DNA from: Candidatus Zhuqueibacterota bacterium
GTDB lineage: Bacteria; Zhuqueibacterota; Zhuqueibacteria; Thermofontimicrobiales; Thermofontimicrobiaceae
Direction: 5' to 3'
Assembly: GCA_049322915.1 (NCBI GenBank)
Contig: JBMOPW010000014.1
Location: forward strand, 701,527-765,526
Length of the DNA: 64,000 bases
The notes beneath the pieces are model-generated. The model made no database searches and had not been told where the DNA came from. It saw only the letters and a program-made list of their open reading frames with translations. Numbering within the stretch: position 1 is the first letter of the stretch; the number at the start of each line of letters is the position of its first letter. Of the stretch, positions 9,782 through 20,707 are shown piece after piece. Position numbers and translations under genes: made by a program.

Positions 9782-10015
9782 AATGGGTCTGCGCTAAAAT
9801 GCCGGCAAAGGCATTGATGGGATGGTTCGGATATTTTTCCACGCCATGAATGACGTGGCAATTCAAATGAGCTATTCTCCCCCGACTTAAAAGTCGGGGC
9901 TATTCAAAGGGAAAAGAAATCAAACCCAATGTATCAACGCCTTTTAAGGCTTTTTGAGTCGACCCATAATAAAATAGAGGCATTTAACAACCCAAAAATC
10001 CAGTCTTCATTCCAG

Positions 10016-10335
10016 TTCAAACAATCTTACATTCGAGAAAAATCGCCTCTCCTCTGAGAAATACAATTTTACATCCGAGAAATACAATCTTACAACCAGG
10101 AAATACAATCTTACATCCGAGAAATGCAATCTTACATTTGGGAAATACAATCTTACATCTGAGAAATGCAATCTTACATCCAGGAAATACGATTTTACAT
10201 CCGAGAAATGCAATCTTACATCCGAGAAATACAATTTTACATCTGAGAAATGCAATCTTACATCCAGGAAATGCAATTTTACATCTGAGAAATGCAATCT
10301 TACATCCGGGAAATGCAATGGTGCAACAAAGAAAT
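10016..10335. repeat. 21-bp tandem array, consensus GAAATRCAATYTTACATCYRR
   Basis: 12 conserved units at 10058-10309 plus degenerate flanking units. Confidence 0.95.
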
Positions 10336-10449
10336 GGCGACTTGTGAATGGTGAATTTTGAATGGTGAATGCTTATGTGGGAAGCGTGAATTTTAAAAGG
10401 GGCGGCCAGATGGAGACATCGCTTTTATGTGATTGGTGGACAGTATCTA

Positions 10450-10617
10450 AGTATACCATTTCATAAATTTTTGGAGGGTTCATCCGTCATGCCCGTCCCG
10501 AAGCATCGGGATTAGCGGGCATTCACTGGATTCCCGCCAAAAACACGCGGGAATGACGATCAATGAAAACTCATTCTCACCATTGAAACCCTAAATAGAT
10601 TTGTGAAACGCTGTACT
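10450..10617. mobile_element. MITE with an internal GATTCCCGC...GCGGGAATGAC palindrome
   Basis: Imperfect TIRs agtataccatttcataaat / atttgtgaaacgctgtact; CTAAG at both junctions. Confidence 0.55.
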
Positions 10618-10770
10618 AAGTCGAAATCCCAGAAAATACAAAAAACAATTAACCCTTTGTTGAGCGAATAGCATTCAGCTTTCAGCACTTATTAAAAAAA
10701 AATAGAAACAGTTACAGGGTTTACCGCATTTGCTGACAGGGTAATTCCATCGCTGATCTTCACGGATTCT

Positions 10771-10876
10771 TAACCCTACAACGTCATTTAGTAAATTTAT
10801 CAAAATATGTTGAGTTTTTCATCTATCAAAAATACAATATACAACGATAAAAAATCTATGTGACGTAGTAGGGTTA
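10771..10876. mobile_element. 106-bp MITE, copy 2
   Basis: TIRs taaccctacaacgtca / tgacgtagtagggtta. Confidence 0.8.
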
Positions 10877-11290
10877 ATTCATAAAGGCACCGAAGGACGC
10901 AGGTAAACCTGAAAAGATAAAAATTCAATAATCAACTAACACGCCAATCACAAAACCAAATTCCCAAAAATTTAACCCGGACAGGGATGTTCGGTTCTTC
11001 ATTCTAGAAAAAAGTCTGTAAATTTAAGATTTGTATTTGGAATTTGTTGAGTACCAGCCGCAGACAGGTGCGTTCTTTGGCGCATCTACCATTATCACCA
11101 TGCTGAAGCGTGGTGTTCAAAAATAATCCAGCCAGCTAACCAGCCGCTTCAGCGGCTTCTGGAATATATGAGTTGATTCGTTATCATTTTTTCTCAATAA
11201 AATTGTGAATAAAATTTTCGGTTTGGGGGAGTTAGACTATAAAACCACTATAACTCTCGTATCATTCAGGTTAAAGAAAAGGAGCCTGCC

Positions 11291-11935
11291 ATGACAAAAC
11301 GTGAAATGAACAAACTCATGATGTACAAATCCGTGAACGGATTGCTGAAAGAAAAGACGAGTATCACCACAACGGTTCCGGCGTTTGCGACTGTGGCGCA
11401 GCAGTTTCAGGCAGCGATCGATGCGATTGAAACCAAACATAAGGAACACAAGAGCGTGGCCAAAGGGCGGGCGCAGCAGAAGGGGGCGAATGAGGATGAA
11501 TTGGTGGACAGCCTGGTGACTGTCTGTTCCATTTTATACGTTTTAGCGGTGCAAACGGGCGATAAAGCGCTGCAGGAAGCGGTGCGGGTGAATGAATCCA
11601 TGCTGAAAAGGCTGCGGGATGTTGATCTGCTGAACCGCGCGAACACGATTTACAGTTACGCCAATAACAAAGCGGCGGAACTGGCGAATTATGGCCTGGA
11701 TGCGGCTTCTCTGACATCTCTGGGTGAAAAAATAAAAACATTTGGCGGCGCTCTGGAAAATACCGAAGTTGGGGCCGCAGAAAAGACAGCCGCCCGCCAT
11801 ACATTGAGCGAAGGGATAGACCATGCGGATCATGTGTTATATGATATGCTGGATCCACTGATGGAAATTTTCCGATCATCCCAGGTGGAGTTTTACAATC
11901 AATATATGAGCGCGCGAGTGATTAAGGATTTGTGA
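11291..11935 (+). CDS. Hypothetical all-helical protein (214 aa)
   Basis: Strong RBS aaggag; N-terminal NKLMMY...VPAF and C-terminal FYNQYMSARVIKDL resemble a widespread uncharacterised family (from recall). Confidence 0.85.
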   Translation: MTKREMNKLMMYKSVNGLLKEKTSITTTVPAFATVAQQFQAAIDAIETKHKEHKSVAKGRAQQKGANEDELVDSLVTVCSILYVLAVQTGDKALQEAVRVNESMLKRLRDVDLLNRANTIYSYANNKAAELANYGLDAASLTSLGEKIKTFGGALENTEVGAAEKTAARHTLSEGIDHADHVLYDMLDPLMEIFRSSQVEFYNQYMSARVIKDL

Positions 11936-12306
11936 GACCCTCTCATGGGGAATGCCATGCCGTCGCCGGGTGAAAAACGTGAGAAGTTGGAAGTCTGATA
12001 CCTGATAACAGATAGCAGATATCTGATGACGGATACTTAATGACAGAGTGGTTTTCGGATGCGCTACGCTGCCATGTCTGCGAATGTTTTTGATGCGCCC
12101 TGGCGTGCAGGCATCTCTTCACAGTCGCATGGGGGATCCCCGCATTCTCGGGAATGACATCATGTGTAAAAAATCCTAAAAACAATCTGTTCCGAGAGTA
12201 GTAAATATGTAGGTTACGTCGGGTATTCGATGCTTGCTATTTGAGTATTGGCGCCTGCATTTCTTCTTTTTTTATAATAAGTTGCATCGTACATCCACTA
12301 TTTTAT

Positions 12307-12514
12307 GTCTGTCCGAAAAATACAGGAAACCGTTAAAATGGTTTTAAAAAAACGATTTGGATTGCAAGGACACCGCGTTAAAACGTGGTGCTCGTTCAAT
12401 ATCTTATTTTAAATCAGCACCTCCAATTTATTGGGGTGTGGATGCAAATTGGATACTATTTCAATAACCATTTCAATGGTTTTCAATCATATAACTAACC
12501 ATTTTCGGACAGAC
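12307..12514. mobile_element. MITE carrying a multi-hairpin REP-like cargo
   Basis: 13-bp perfect TIR gtctgtccgaaaa / ttttcggacagac. Confidence 0.7.
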
Positions 12515-12587
12515 TCAATTTAGAAGCTCATATCGAACAAAGAGAATTGAGCACCTAATTATAATTTTTTAGCAACTAAAGGATAAA

Positions 12588-13625
12588 TTGAAGACAGCAT
12601 TAATAACAGGAATCACCGGACAGGATGGCTCGTATTTAACTGAGTTGTTGATCCAGAAAGGCTATCAAGTCCATGGAATAATCCGACGCAGCAGTTCAAT
12701 TAATACCGGGCGGATTGATCATTTATACCGAGATCCTCATGTAAATAACCGAAAGATGATTTTACATTATGGGGATCTCATCGATTCAAGTAATTTAAGC
12801 CGATTGATTGAAAAAATACACCCGGATGAAATTTATAATTTGGGCGCGCAAAGCCATGTTCAGGTATCGTTTCAGGTCCCTGAATATACCGCAGAAGTGG
12901 ATGGCCTGGGAACGCTACGTTTGTTAGATGCAATTCGTGAAGTTGGCATCAAAACCAAATTCTATCAAGCCTCGACAAGTGAATTATTTGGTAAGGTTCT
13001 AGAAATTCCACAAACAGAAAACACCCCTTTTTATCCTCGTAGCCCTTACGGAGTTGCAAAGCTTTACGCCTACTGGATAGTTAAAAACTATCGGGAGGCT
13101 TATAATTTATATGCCTGTAATGGAATTTTATTCAATCATGAATCCCCGCGCCGTGGCGAAACATTTGTCACACGAAAGATTACGAGGGCTGTAGCACGGA
13201 TTAAAATGAATTTACAGGATAAACTGTATCTTGGTAATTTAAATGCAAAAAGAGACTGGGGGTATGCGCCTGACTATGTGGAAGGCATGTGGAAAATGCT
13301 GCAGCAAGACCAGCCGGATGATTTTATACTGGCAACGGGTGAAACACATTCAGTGCGGGAGTTTGCTGAATTGGCGTTTCAGGAAATTGGTATCGACCTG
13401 GAATGGAGTGGAAAGAATGAGGACGAGGCTGGAATTGACTCAAAAAATGGCAATGTGATGGTTAAGGTGGATAAAAATTACTACAGACCGACTGAAGTCG
13501 ATTTACTTATCGGAAATCCTGAAAAAGCAAGAGAAAAATTGGGATGGGAAATTAAAGTAAATTTTCATAATTTAGTTAAATTGATGGTTCAGGCTGATCT
13601 CGATGAATTACAAAACCGACAATAA
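12588..13625 (+). CDS. gmd: GDP-mannose 4,6-dehydratase
   Basis: [49 protein letters not shown]. Confidence 0.98.
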   Translation: MKTALITGITGQDGSYLTELLIQKGYQVHGIIRRSSSINTGRIDHLYRDPHVNNRKMILHYGDLIDSSNLSRLIEKIHPDEIYNLGAQSHVQVSFQVPEYTAEVDGLGTLRLLDAIREVGIKTKFYQASTSELFGKVLEIPQTENTPFYPRSPYGVAKLYAYWIVKNYREAYNLYACNGILFNHESPRRGETFVTRKITRAVARIKMNLQDKLYLGNLNAKRDWGYAPDYVEGMWKMLQQDQPDDFILATGETHSVREFAELAFQEIGIDLEWSGKNEDEAGIDSKNGNVMVKVDKNYYRPTEVDLLIGNPEKAREKLGWEIKVNFHNLVKLMVQADLDELQNRQ

Positions 13626-13643
13626 ATTCTGCGGACAGAAACG

Positions 13644-14579
13644 ATGAATTATTTTAAAGATAAAAAGATAACAGTCACCGGAGGAAATGGTTTTCTCGGT
13701 AAATATGTGGTCAAAAAGCTACATGACCGTGGCGCTGAAAATGTCAACATAGCGGATATAGATCGTTATGATTTGACAAAAACAGAAGATGTTGTAAGAA
13801 TGTATGAAGAGCAGCGCCCGGATATCGTAATTCATTTAGCCGCCGTGGTCGGAGGGATAGGCGCAAACAGAGAAAATCCGGGCAAGTTTTTTTATGACAA
13901 TGCTATCATGGGAATTCAACTCATTGAATATGCCCGCAGATTTAATATTCAAAAATTTGTATGCATTGGGACTATTTGCGCCTACCCAAAATTTACACCG
14001 GTCCCTTTTAAAGAAGAAGATTTGTGGAACGGGTACCCTGAAGAAACAAACGCGCCGTATGGCCTGGCCAAAAAAATGCTCCTGGTTCAGCTCCAGGCGT
14101 ATCGCCAGCAGTATGGATTTAATGGCATTTATTTATTGCCGGTAAATTTGTATGGCCCGGGAGATAATTTTGATCCAAGATCTTCCCATGTTATTCCTGC
14201 CCTGATTAAAAAATGTGTAGATGCAGTTAGAGAAGGTAAAGACGAAATTGTTGTGTGGGGCACTGGGGAGGTATCGCGGGAATTCATTTATGTGGAAGAC
14301 GCAGCCGAAGGAATTGTGTTGGCAACTGAAAAATATGATAAACCCGAGCCTGTGAATATTGGTGCTGGATTTGAGATAATAATAAAAGATATAGTAAATT
14401 TAATAGCAAAATTGACTAATTTTAAGGGCAGGATTATTTGGGATAAGTCTAAACCTGATGGACAACCTCGGAGGATGTTGGATACTAGCAAAGCCTTCTA
14501 CGAATTCAATTTTAAAACAAAAATAAATATATCAACGGGATTGAAAGAAACGAATAAGTGGTATCTCGAGAATTTCTGA
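13644..14579 (+). CDS. fcl: GDP-L-fucose synthase family epimerase/reductase
   Basis: [39 protein letters not shown]; follows gmd. Confidence 0.92.
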   Translation: MNYFKDKKITVTGGNGFLGKYVVKKLHDRGAENVNIADIDRYDLTKTEDVVRMYEEQRPDIVIHLAAVVGGIGANRENPGKFFYDNAIMGIQLIEYARRFNIQKFVCIGTICAYPKFTPVPFKEEDLWNGYPEETNAPYGLAKKMLLVQLQAYRQQYGFNGIYLLPVNLYGPGDNFDPRSSHVIPALIKKCVDAVREGKDEIVVWGTGEVSREFIYVEDAAEGIVLATEKYDKPEPVNIGAGFEIIIKDIVNLIAKLTNFKGRIIWDKSKPDGQPRRMLDTSKAFYEFNFKTKINISTGLKETNKWYLENF

Positions 14580-14697
14580 ACTTAAAAGGTTTTAGGATTG
14601 ATTTATAAAAATTTCGTATAACCAAAAGTAGAAGTTAGAATCGCTTTTACAAAATCTATGTGATTTTTTAAAAAAATCAAACGGAAAGGTAGAAAAT

Positions 14698-15654
14698 ATG
14701 AGCTACGATAAAAAAAATACTAAAATACTTGTAACAGGGGGAGCTGGATTTATTGGTTCGCATTTGACAAAAGAACTCGTGAAATTAGGTTATCAGGTTA
14801 GGGTTTTGGACAATTTATCTAGAAATGTAAATCACGTATCAGATTTAATAGAGCAAAAAAAGATTGAGTTTATAAAAGGAGATATTCGTGAAAAAATGCA
14901 TGTTTTACAAGCTGTAAAAGGAGTTGATTATATTTTTCATGAGGCAGCAGTCTGTTTAAATCGATGCAAGGCATTTCCAAAGGAAGCAATGGAGGTGAAT
15001 TTAGAGGGGTCATATAATGTTTTCGGGGCTGCAATACATGAAAATATTAAGAAAATCATCTATGCTTCAACTTCAAGTGTATATGGACAACCTGATTATC
15101 TTCCAATGGATGAGAATCATCCCACGAATGCTAAAGAACCTTATGGTGCGACAAAACTTTGCGCTGATAAATTTATGGATTTTTTATCAAATAAACATGG
15201 ATTGAAGTTTGTATGCTTAAGATATTTTAATGTTTATGGTACGTATCAAAGCACGGATGCATATTATACCTCAGTTATAAACATTTTTATAAAAAGAATT
15301 TTGAATGGTGCTTCTCCCGTAATAAATGGAAAGGGAGAACAATCACTTGATTTTACACATGTTTCTGACGTAGTAAAAGCTAACATTGCAGCTTTGGAAA
15401 GCGATGTCACTAATGAAATATTTAATGTCGGATATGGTGAGGAACATTCGCTGAAAGAGCTTGCAGAAATTATTCTAAGGCTATTAAAATCTAATCTTAA
15501 ACCAGAGTTCGCTGATCGAGATGTTCTAGTATCAAAACGTAGATGTGATAATTCTAAATTAAAGAAAATGTTAGGTGTGGAGTGTAAAATTAATTTGGAA
15601 GAAGGACTTAAAGAACTAGTTGAACATGTAAAAAAATATCCTGAGATATATTGA
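14698..15654 (+). CDS. NAD-dependent sugar epimerase/dehydratase (extended SDR)
   Basis: VTGGAGFIG, YGATK, LRYFNVYG. Confidence 0.9.
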   Translation: MSYDKKNTKILVTGGAGFIGSHLTKELVKLGYQVRVLDNLSRNVNHVSDLIEQKKIEFIKGDIREKMHVLQAVKGVDYIFHEAAVCLNRCKAFPKEAMEVNLEGSYNVFGAAIHENIKKIIYASTSSVYGQPDYLPMDENHPTNAKEPYGATKLCADKFMDFLSNKHGLKFVCLRYFNVYGTYQSTDAYYTSVINIFIKRILNGASPVINGKGEQSLDFTHVSDVVKANIAALESDVTNEIFNVGYGEEHSLKELAEIILRLLKSNLKPEFADRDVLVSKRRCDNSKLKKMLGVECKINLEEGLKELVEHVKKYPEIY

Positions 15655-15655
15655 A

Positions 15656-16300
15656 ATGAATATAACTGAATTGGAATCATTATTAAAGGAGCTCAGATAC
15701 CATCTATTTGAAAAACAAAAATCTGAGTGGGAAAGGTCATTAAGTTTTGAAGATGAATTGTTTGATAGATGGGAACGGGCAAATTTTCTTGGATTTGGGG
15801 AGAAAACTAGTATCTATCAAAGTTCCTTGGTTTATGGTGATGTAAAAGTAGGGAAAAATACATGGATCGGGCCATATACAATACTTGATGGATCAGGAGG
15901 TCTTGAAATTGGAAATAATTGTAGTATTAGCTCAGGGGTTCAGATTTATACTCATGATACAGTAGAAAAACGAGTTTCAAATGGTTTTTCGGAAGTTATC
16001 AGGGAAAAAACTACGATTGGTAATTCTTGCTATATCGGGCCGTTGTCGGTTATTCGAAAGGGGATTAAGATTAATAACAATTCAGTTGTAAGCGCATTAT
16101 CTTATGTAAATAAAGAGGTGCCATCATACACAGTCGTTGCAGGTACTCCTGCAAAAGTAATTGGTAAAATAAAACTAAATAAAGCTAAAGATGTAACGTT
16201 TATATTTGATAAAGAGCATGATCAAATGAGGTCTATGCAAGTTGAGATAATTAGGTTAAAAAAGAGATTATTACACTTGGAGAAGCAACTTGAAAAATAA
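15656..16300 (+). CDS. Hexapeptide-repeat (left-handed beta-helix) acyltransferase
   Basis: Hexapeptide repeats, QIYTHD, VVAGTPAKVI. Confidence 0.85.
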   Translation: MNITELESLLKELRYHLFEKQKSEWERSLSFEDELFDRWERANFLGFGEKTSIYQSSLVYGDVKVGKNTWIGPYTILDGSGGLEIGNNCSISSGVQIYTHDTVEKRVSNGFSEVIREKTTIGNSCYIGPLSVIRKGIKINNNSVVSALSYVNKEVPSYTVVAGTPAKVIGKIKLNKAKDVTFIFDKEHDQMRSMQVEIIRLKKRLLHLEKQLEK

Positions 16301-17402
16301 AACAATTAAATTAATGAAGCCAAATGTAGGCGATTTAGAGTTAAAGTTAGTTAAGGAAGTTATTAAATCCGGTAATCTGGTTGAAGGAAAGATGGTTCGG
16401 GAGTTTGAAGATACTGTTAAATCTTTCATTGGAGTGGAATATGCTATCGCATGTACTTCAGCAACAACAGGTCTTGAACTGACCTTGAGAGCATTGAAGA
16501 TTGGCGTAGGTGATGAGGTTATCGTTCCTGATTTCACACATCCAGCTTCTGCGTTAGTTGTACAAACCGTTGGAGCTTCTCCTATTATTATTGATGTAGA
16601 TATCGAATCTTATAATACAACAGCTTCAATGATTGAGGAAGCGATAACTGAAAATACAAAAGCAATCATGCCTGTTTCAATTTTTGGGAATCCACTTGAT
16701 ATGGATCCGATAATGGTTCTCGGGGATAAGTATGGAATTCCTATAGTTGAGGATGCTGCCTGTAGTCTTGGTTCAATATATAAAGGAAAAAAAGTTGGTG
16801 CTATGGCTGACATGACAGTCTTTAGTTTCCATCCGAGAAAAGTTTTTACAACGGGTGATGGAGGTTTAATTGTTACTAACAATGAAGATTATGCAAATTT
16901 AATTGTATCTATGAAAAAATTTGGAGTTGGTGTTTTAAATGGGAAATCCACTTTTGTAAGATGGGGAACGAATTATAGAATGAGCGATATCTTGGGAGCA
17001 GTTGCTTTAGCTCAATCAAAAAGAATTGAACAGATTGTGAAAAGTAGAATTCAGAAAGCTAAAATATACAATAACCTTTTGAATAGTATAGATGAGATTG
17101 TAGTACCAAAGATCGAAGAACACTCGACAAGTAATTTTCAGACTTATGCAATATTACTGAAAACAGATAACAGAGATCTTCTTTTGAATGAAATGAGAAA
17201 AAGAGGAATCGAAGTGCAAATTGGTACCTACGCATTGCACTTATTGCCTGTCTTTTATGGCATCACAAAATTTGGGAATATGAAAAATTCTGAATTACTG
17301 TATAATAATCTTTTAGCTTTACCCATTCATGCTTCCTTAACTGAAAACGAGCAGCATAGAGTAGTAGATTGTATTAAAGAATTGCTTGGTGAATACAAAT
17401 AA
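16290..17402 (+). CDS. DegT/DnrJ/EryC1/StrS PLP-dependent sugar aminotransferase
   Basis: VEDAACSLG, FSFHPRKVFTTGDGG, GTNYRMSD. Confidence 0.93.
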   Translation: MKNKTIKLMKPNVGDLELKLVKEVIKSGNLVEGKMVREFEDTVKSFIGVEYAIACTSATTGLELTLRALKIGVGDEVIVPDFTHPASALVVQTVGASPIIIDVDIESYNTTASMIEEAITENTKAIMPVSIFGNPLDMDPIMVLGDKYGIPIVEDAACSLGSIYKGKKVGAMADMTVFSFHPRKVFTTGDGGLIVTNNEDYANLIVSMKKFGVGVLNGKSTFVRWGTNYRMSDILGAVALAQSKRIEQIVKSRIQKAKIYNNLLNSIDEIVVPKIEEHSTSNFQTYAILLKTDNRDLLLNEMRKRGIEVQIGTYALHLLPVFYGITKFGNMKNSELLYNNLLALPIHASLTENEQHRVVDCIKELLGEYK

Positions 17403-18577
17403 TGAATATTTTAATTTTAACAAATATGTTCCCGCCAATAAGAACTGGTTCTTCACATTATGCAGCAGATTTGGCAAAAGTACTATTTGAAAGTGGAAAT
17501 AAGGTTATTGTCGTCACTGTAAAATTGAAAAACTATGATCCAAAAGTAGACGCAAAATTCCCCTTCGATGTTTATAGATTGCCAAATATTCATCTTAAAT
17601 TTAAAGCTCTTTTTGATTTTTTCACCGTCACATCAATTAATCTATTTAATTATATCCGAGTATACCGTCTTATTCGTAGGAATCAAATTCAGGTAATTCA
17701 CCAGGTAAGTCACTATTTGGATACTGCAATATTAGCAAGAATTATTAGCATGATTTGCCGAATACCTTTTGTAGTTTCAATTCATACTCAATTAGATTTT
17801 GAAAAAAAAATTTATAAAAGCATTTTAAATTTTATTGATCGGATTATATGTGGAGAGTTTATTCTCAGAAATTCTGAGAAAATAATATCGCTGGATAATG
17901 AAATCATACGATATATTAACAATACATATCGTGAAAAAGGTATCGATAATAAGTGTGTAATCGTTCCACATGGTATTGAAATAAATAATCATCATTTTGC
18001 AATTAAAAAAAATTATCAACTTTCCAATTTAATTGTTTCAGTTGGTCATGTGATTAACCTCCGAAATAGACTTGATCTTATTCGGGCAATGAAAATAATC
18101 AAGAAAGAATTTAAAGAAATAAAACTTGAAATAATTGGAAGAATTTACTATTTAAAAACACAAGAATTAATCGACGAACTAAACTTAAATGATTATGTGA
18201 TTTTGAGAGGGGAATTATCACATGAAGAAACTTTGAAAAGATTGATGACTGCTGATATGAACGCAGTTTGGATTACAGGCCAATATGTTGGAATGGGGAC
18301 AGCTATTTCAGAATCAATGTTGTGCGGAATCCCAGTGGTTAATAATTCTCCTGAAGAGTTGTTGGGAACTGATAAATTGAAAAATTTTGAAAATATAGTT
18401 TTAGTGAATAACAACAGCATTGATGATATTGCAGAGAAAATTATTTGGCTATTAAAAAATGATGAAAGAAGAGAACAAATTGGTAAAGCAGGACGAGATT
18501 TTATTCTTGAACATATGGATATAAAGAAAACAAAGGATATGCTACTAGATATTTATTCTTCGGTACAGAGAAATTGA
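17402..18577 (+). CDS. Glycosyltransferase, GT4-like
   Basis: FPPIRTG N-terminus and GT-B C-domain ESMLCGIPVV. Confidence 0.85.
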   Translation: MNILILTNMFPPIRTGSSHYAADLAKVLFESGNKVIVVTVKLKNYDPKVDAKFPFDVYRLPNIHLKFKALFDFFTVTSINLFNYIRVYRLIRRNQIQVIHQVSHYLDTAILARIISMICRIPFVVSIHTQLDFEKKIYKSILNFIDRIICGEFILRNSEKIISLDNEIIRYINNTYREKGIDNKCVIVPHGIEINNHHFAIKKNYQLSNLIVSVGHVINLRNRLDLIRAMKIIKKEFKEIKLEIIGRIYYLKTQELIDELNLNDYVILRGELSHEETLKRLMTADMNAVWITGQYVGMGTAISESMLCGIPVVNNSPEELLGTDKLKNFENIVLVNNNSIDDIAEKIIWLLKNDERREQIGKAGRDFILEHMDIKKTKDMLLDIYSSVQRN

Positions 18578-18663
18578 TTTAGGAAAAAATTATTCCAGCT
18601 TCTTAGACGAAAAAAGTTAAATTAAGACAATAAAGATTTGATTTATTGAAGGAATGATGATGT

Positions 18664-20706
18664 ATGTGTGGAATATTTGGATTTTGTTTTAATGAGAAGG
18701 CGACTATTCAGTCAGCGACTTCAAAGCAAATAGCCAGAGAACTTTATAAGTTATCGGAATCACGAGGAAAAGAAGCAGCCGGATTTGCAGCTTTGGGGGA
18801 TGGTATTATCAATGTATATAAAAGTCCAAACCCTGCTTCAAAACTAATTCGAACAAATATTTATAAAAATACTGTTGAAAAGTTTTTAGAGCTGAATGGT
18901 CCAATAAAACAAAATGGTGGTAAGTGCCTCATTGGTCATTCTAGGTTAGTGACAAATGGATTTGAACAGTTTAACGATAATAATCAACCTGTAATTAAGA
19001 GTAATATTGTTGGTATCCATAATGGAATAGTTGTGAATGTCGAAAGCTTATGGGAAAAATACAAAGAAGAAAAACGTAATTCACAAATAGATACAGAAGT
19101 AATCCTGACATTAATGAGAAGATTCTACAGTAACAACAACACTTTAAAAACTGCTTTAAAACAAACATTCATTGAAATTTACGGTATGGCCTCAATAGCG
19201 CTAATGTTTAATGAGCTGAATAATTTATTATTAGCAACAAACAATGGATCTCTTTATTATTTAATTTCAGAAAATAAAGAATGTTTTATTTTTGCATCGG
19301 AAATTTTTATTCTCAGAACACTAATTTTTCGTAACTCTTTGAAAAAATATTTCGATTCTGAAAAAATTGTGCAATTAAAGCCTTGGAAAGCATGTCTAGT
19401 TGACCTTGATAATGTAGAGGTTGATGAGGTTGATTTAATGGACTCTTCTAATATTGAAGAGGAATTTTGTACAATTAATTATTGTTCAAAAAATTATGAG
19501 ATTATAAATTTATCCGATCAAAATGTAGATGCAAATAAAATAGATAACTTACAAGAGTTAAACTTATATATTCCAACAGAATTAGCAATCCATTTTTCGA
19601 ATATAGAAAAAAAAATAGAAACATTAAAAAGATGTTCAAAATGCCTGCTTCCAGAAACATTTCCTTTTATTGAATTTAATGAACATGGAGTATGTAATTA
19701 TTGTTTAAATTATAAAACGATTGGGCATAAAGGAAAAGATAAATTATTTGAAGATATCGAAAAAATTAGAAGTAAAGATGGTAGCCCAGATTGCCTTGTT
19801 ACTTTTAGTGGTGGTCGTGACAGTAGCTATGGCTTACATTTCATAAAAAAAGAATTGAATATGAACCCACTAGCTTACTCATATGATTGGGGTATGATAA
19901 CAGATTTAGCCAGAAGAAATCAGTCAAGGTTGTGTGGAAAATTAGGCATTGAACACATCTTAGTTTCAGCAGATATTAGAAAAAAAAGGTCCAATATTAA
20001 AAAAAATGTGTTAGCTTGGTTAAAACGACCAAAATTAGGCACGGTCACCCTATTTATGGCTGGAGATAAACAATATTTTTATTATGCCAATAAATTAGCC
20101 CAACAAAATGATTTAAAGTTAATAATATTATGTTCTAATCTATTAGAAATAACAAACTTTAAAAATGGATTTTGTGGGATTAAGCCATCATTTATGGAAA
20201 CTCATGGTTATTCATTATCCTCTTTGAGTAAGTTGAAATTAATTTCATTTTTTGGGAAAGAATGTCTATTGAACCCCCTGTTCTTAAACGCTTCAATATT
20301 TGATACGCTAGGAGCATATCTCTCGTATTATTTTGTTTCACATGATTTCTTAAATATTTATGAATATATAAAATGGGATGAAGAAATTATTGAATCGACT
20401 TTGATCGATGAATACGATTGGGAAATTGCATATGATACAAAGTCCACTTGGAGAATTGGAGATGGAACAGCATCGTTTTATAACTACATCTACTATGTTG
20501 TATCAGGTTTTACTGAGAATGACACATTTCGTAGTAATCAAATTCGAGAGGGCATAATTTCTAGGAACAAAGCTATGGCAACTATTTCTACTGAAAATAA
20601 ACCCAGATTTGACAGTATTAAATGGTATTGTAAAACAATAGGTATTGATTTTGAGAGAACTCTAAGGGTCATCAATTCTATTCCAACTCTTTATAATAGG
20701 GGCTAA
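18664..20706 (+). CDS. Fused class-II (Ntn) glutamine amidotransferase / PP-loop sugar amidotransferase
   Basis: MCGIFG, GHSRLVTNG, NQP, HNG; then CxxC...CxxC and FSGGRDSSY. Confidence 0.85.
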   Translation: MCGIFGFCFNEKATIQSATSKQIARELYKLSESRGKEAAGFAALGDGIINVYKSPNPASKLIRTNIYKNTVEKFLELNGPIKQNGGKCLIGHSRLVTNGFEQFNDNNQPVIKSNIVGIHNGIVVNVESLWEKYKEEKRNSQIDTEVILTLMRRFYSNNNTLKTALKQTFIEIYGMASIALMFNELNNLLLATNNGSLYYLISENKECFIFASEIFILRTLIFRNSLKKYFDSEKIVQLKPWKACLVDLDNVEVDEVDLMDSSNIEEEFCTINYCSKNYEIINLSDQNVDANKIDNLQELNLYIPTELAIHFSNIEKKIETLKRCSKCLLPETFPFIEFNEHGVCNYCLNYKTIGHKGKDKLFEDIEKIRSKDGSPDCLVTFSGGRDSSYGLHFIKKELNMNPLAYSYDWGMITDLARRNQSRLCGKLGIEHILVSADIRKKRSNIKKNVLAWLKRPKLGTVTLFMAGDKQYFYYANKLAQQNDLKLIILCSNLLEITNFKNGFCGIKPSFMETHGYSLSSLSKLKLISFFGKECLLNPLFLNASIFDTLGAYLSYYFVSHDFLNIYEYIKWDEEIIESTLIDEYDWEIAYDTKSTWRIGDGTASFYNYIYYVVSGFTENDTFRSNQIREGIISRNKAMATISTENKPRFDSIKWYCKTIGIDFERTLRVINSIPTLYNRG

Positions 20707-20707
20707 T

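Noticed and set aside
10007..10347. CRISPR or TIGR-like guide array; repetitive ORFs
   Set aside because: Units are contiguous with no unique spacers, no cas or Nop-domain gene is recognisable, and the ORFs lack credible starts
3446..12587. Diversity-generating retroelement, retron or prophage
   Set aside because: No reverse transcriptase, TR/VR pair with A-specific mismatches, or phage genes
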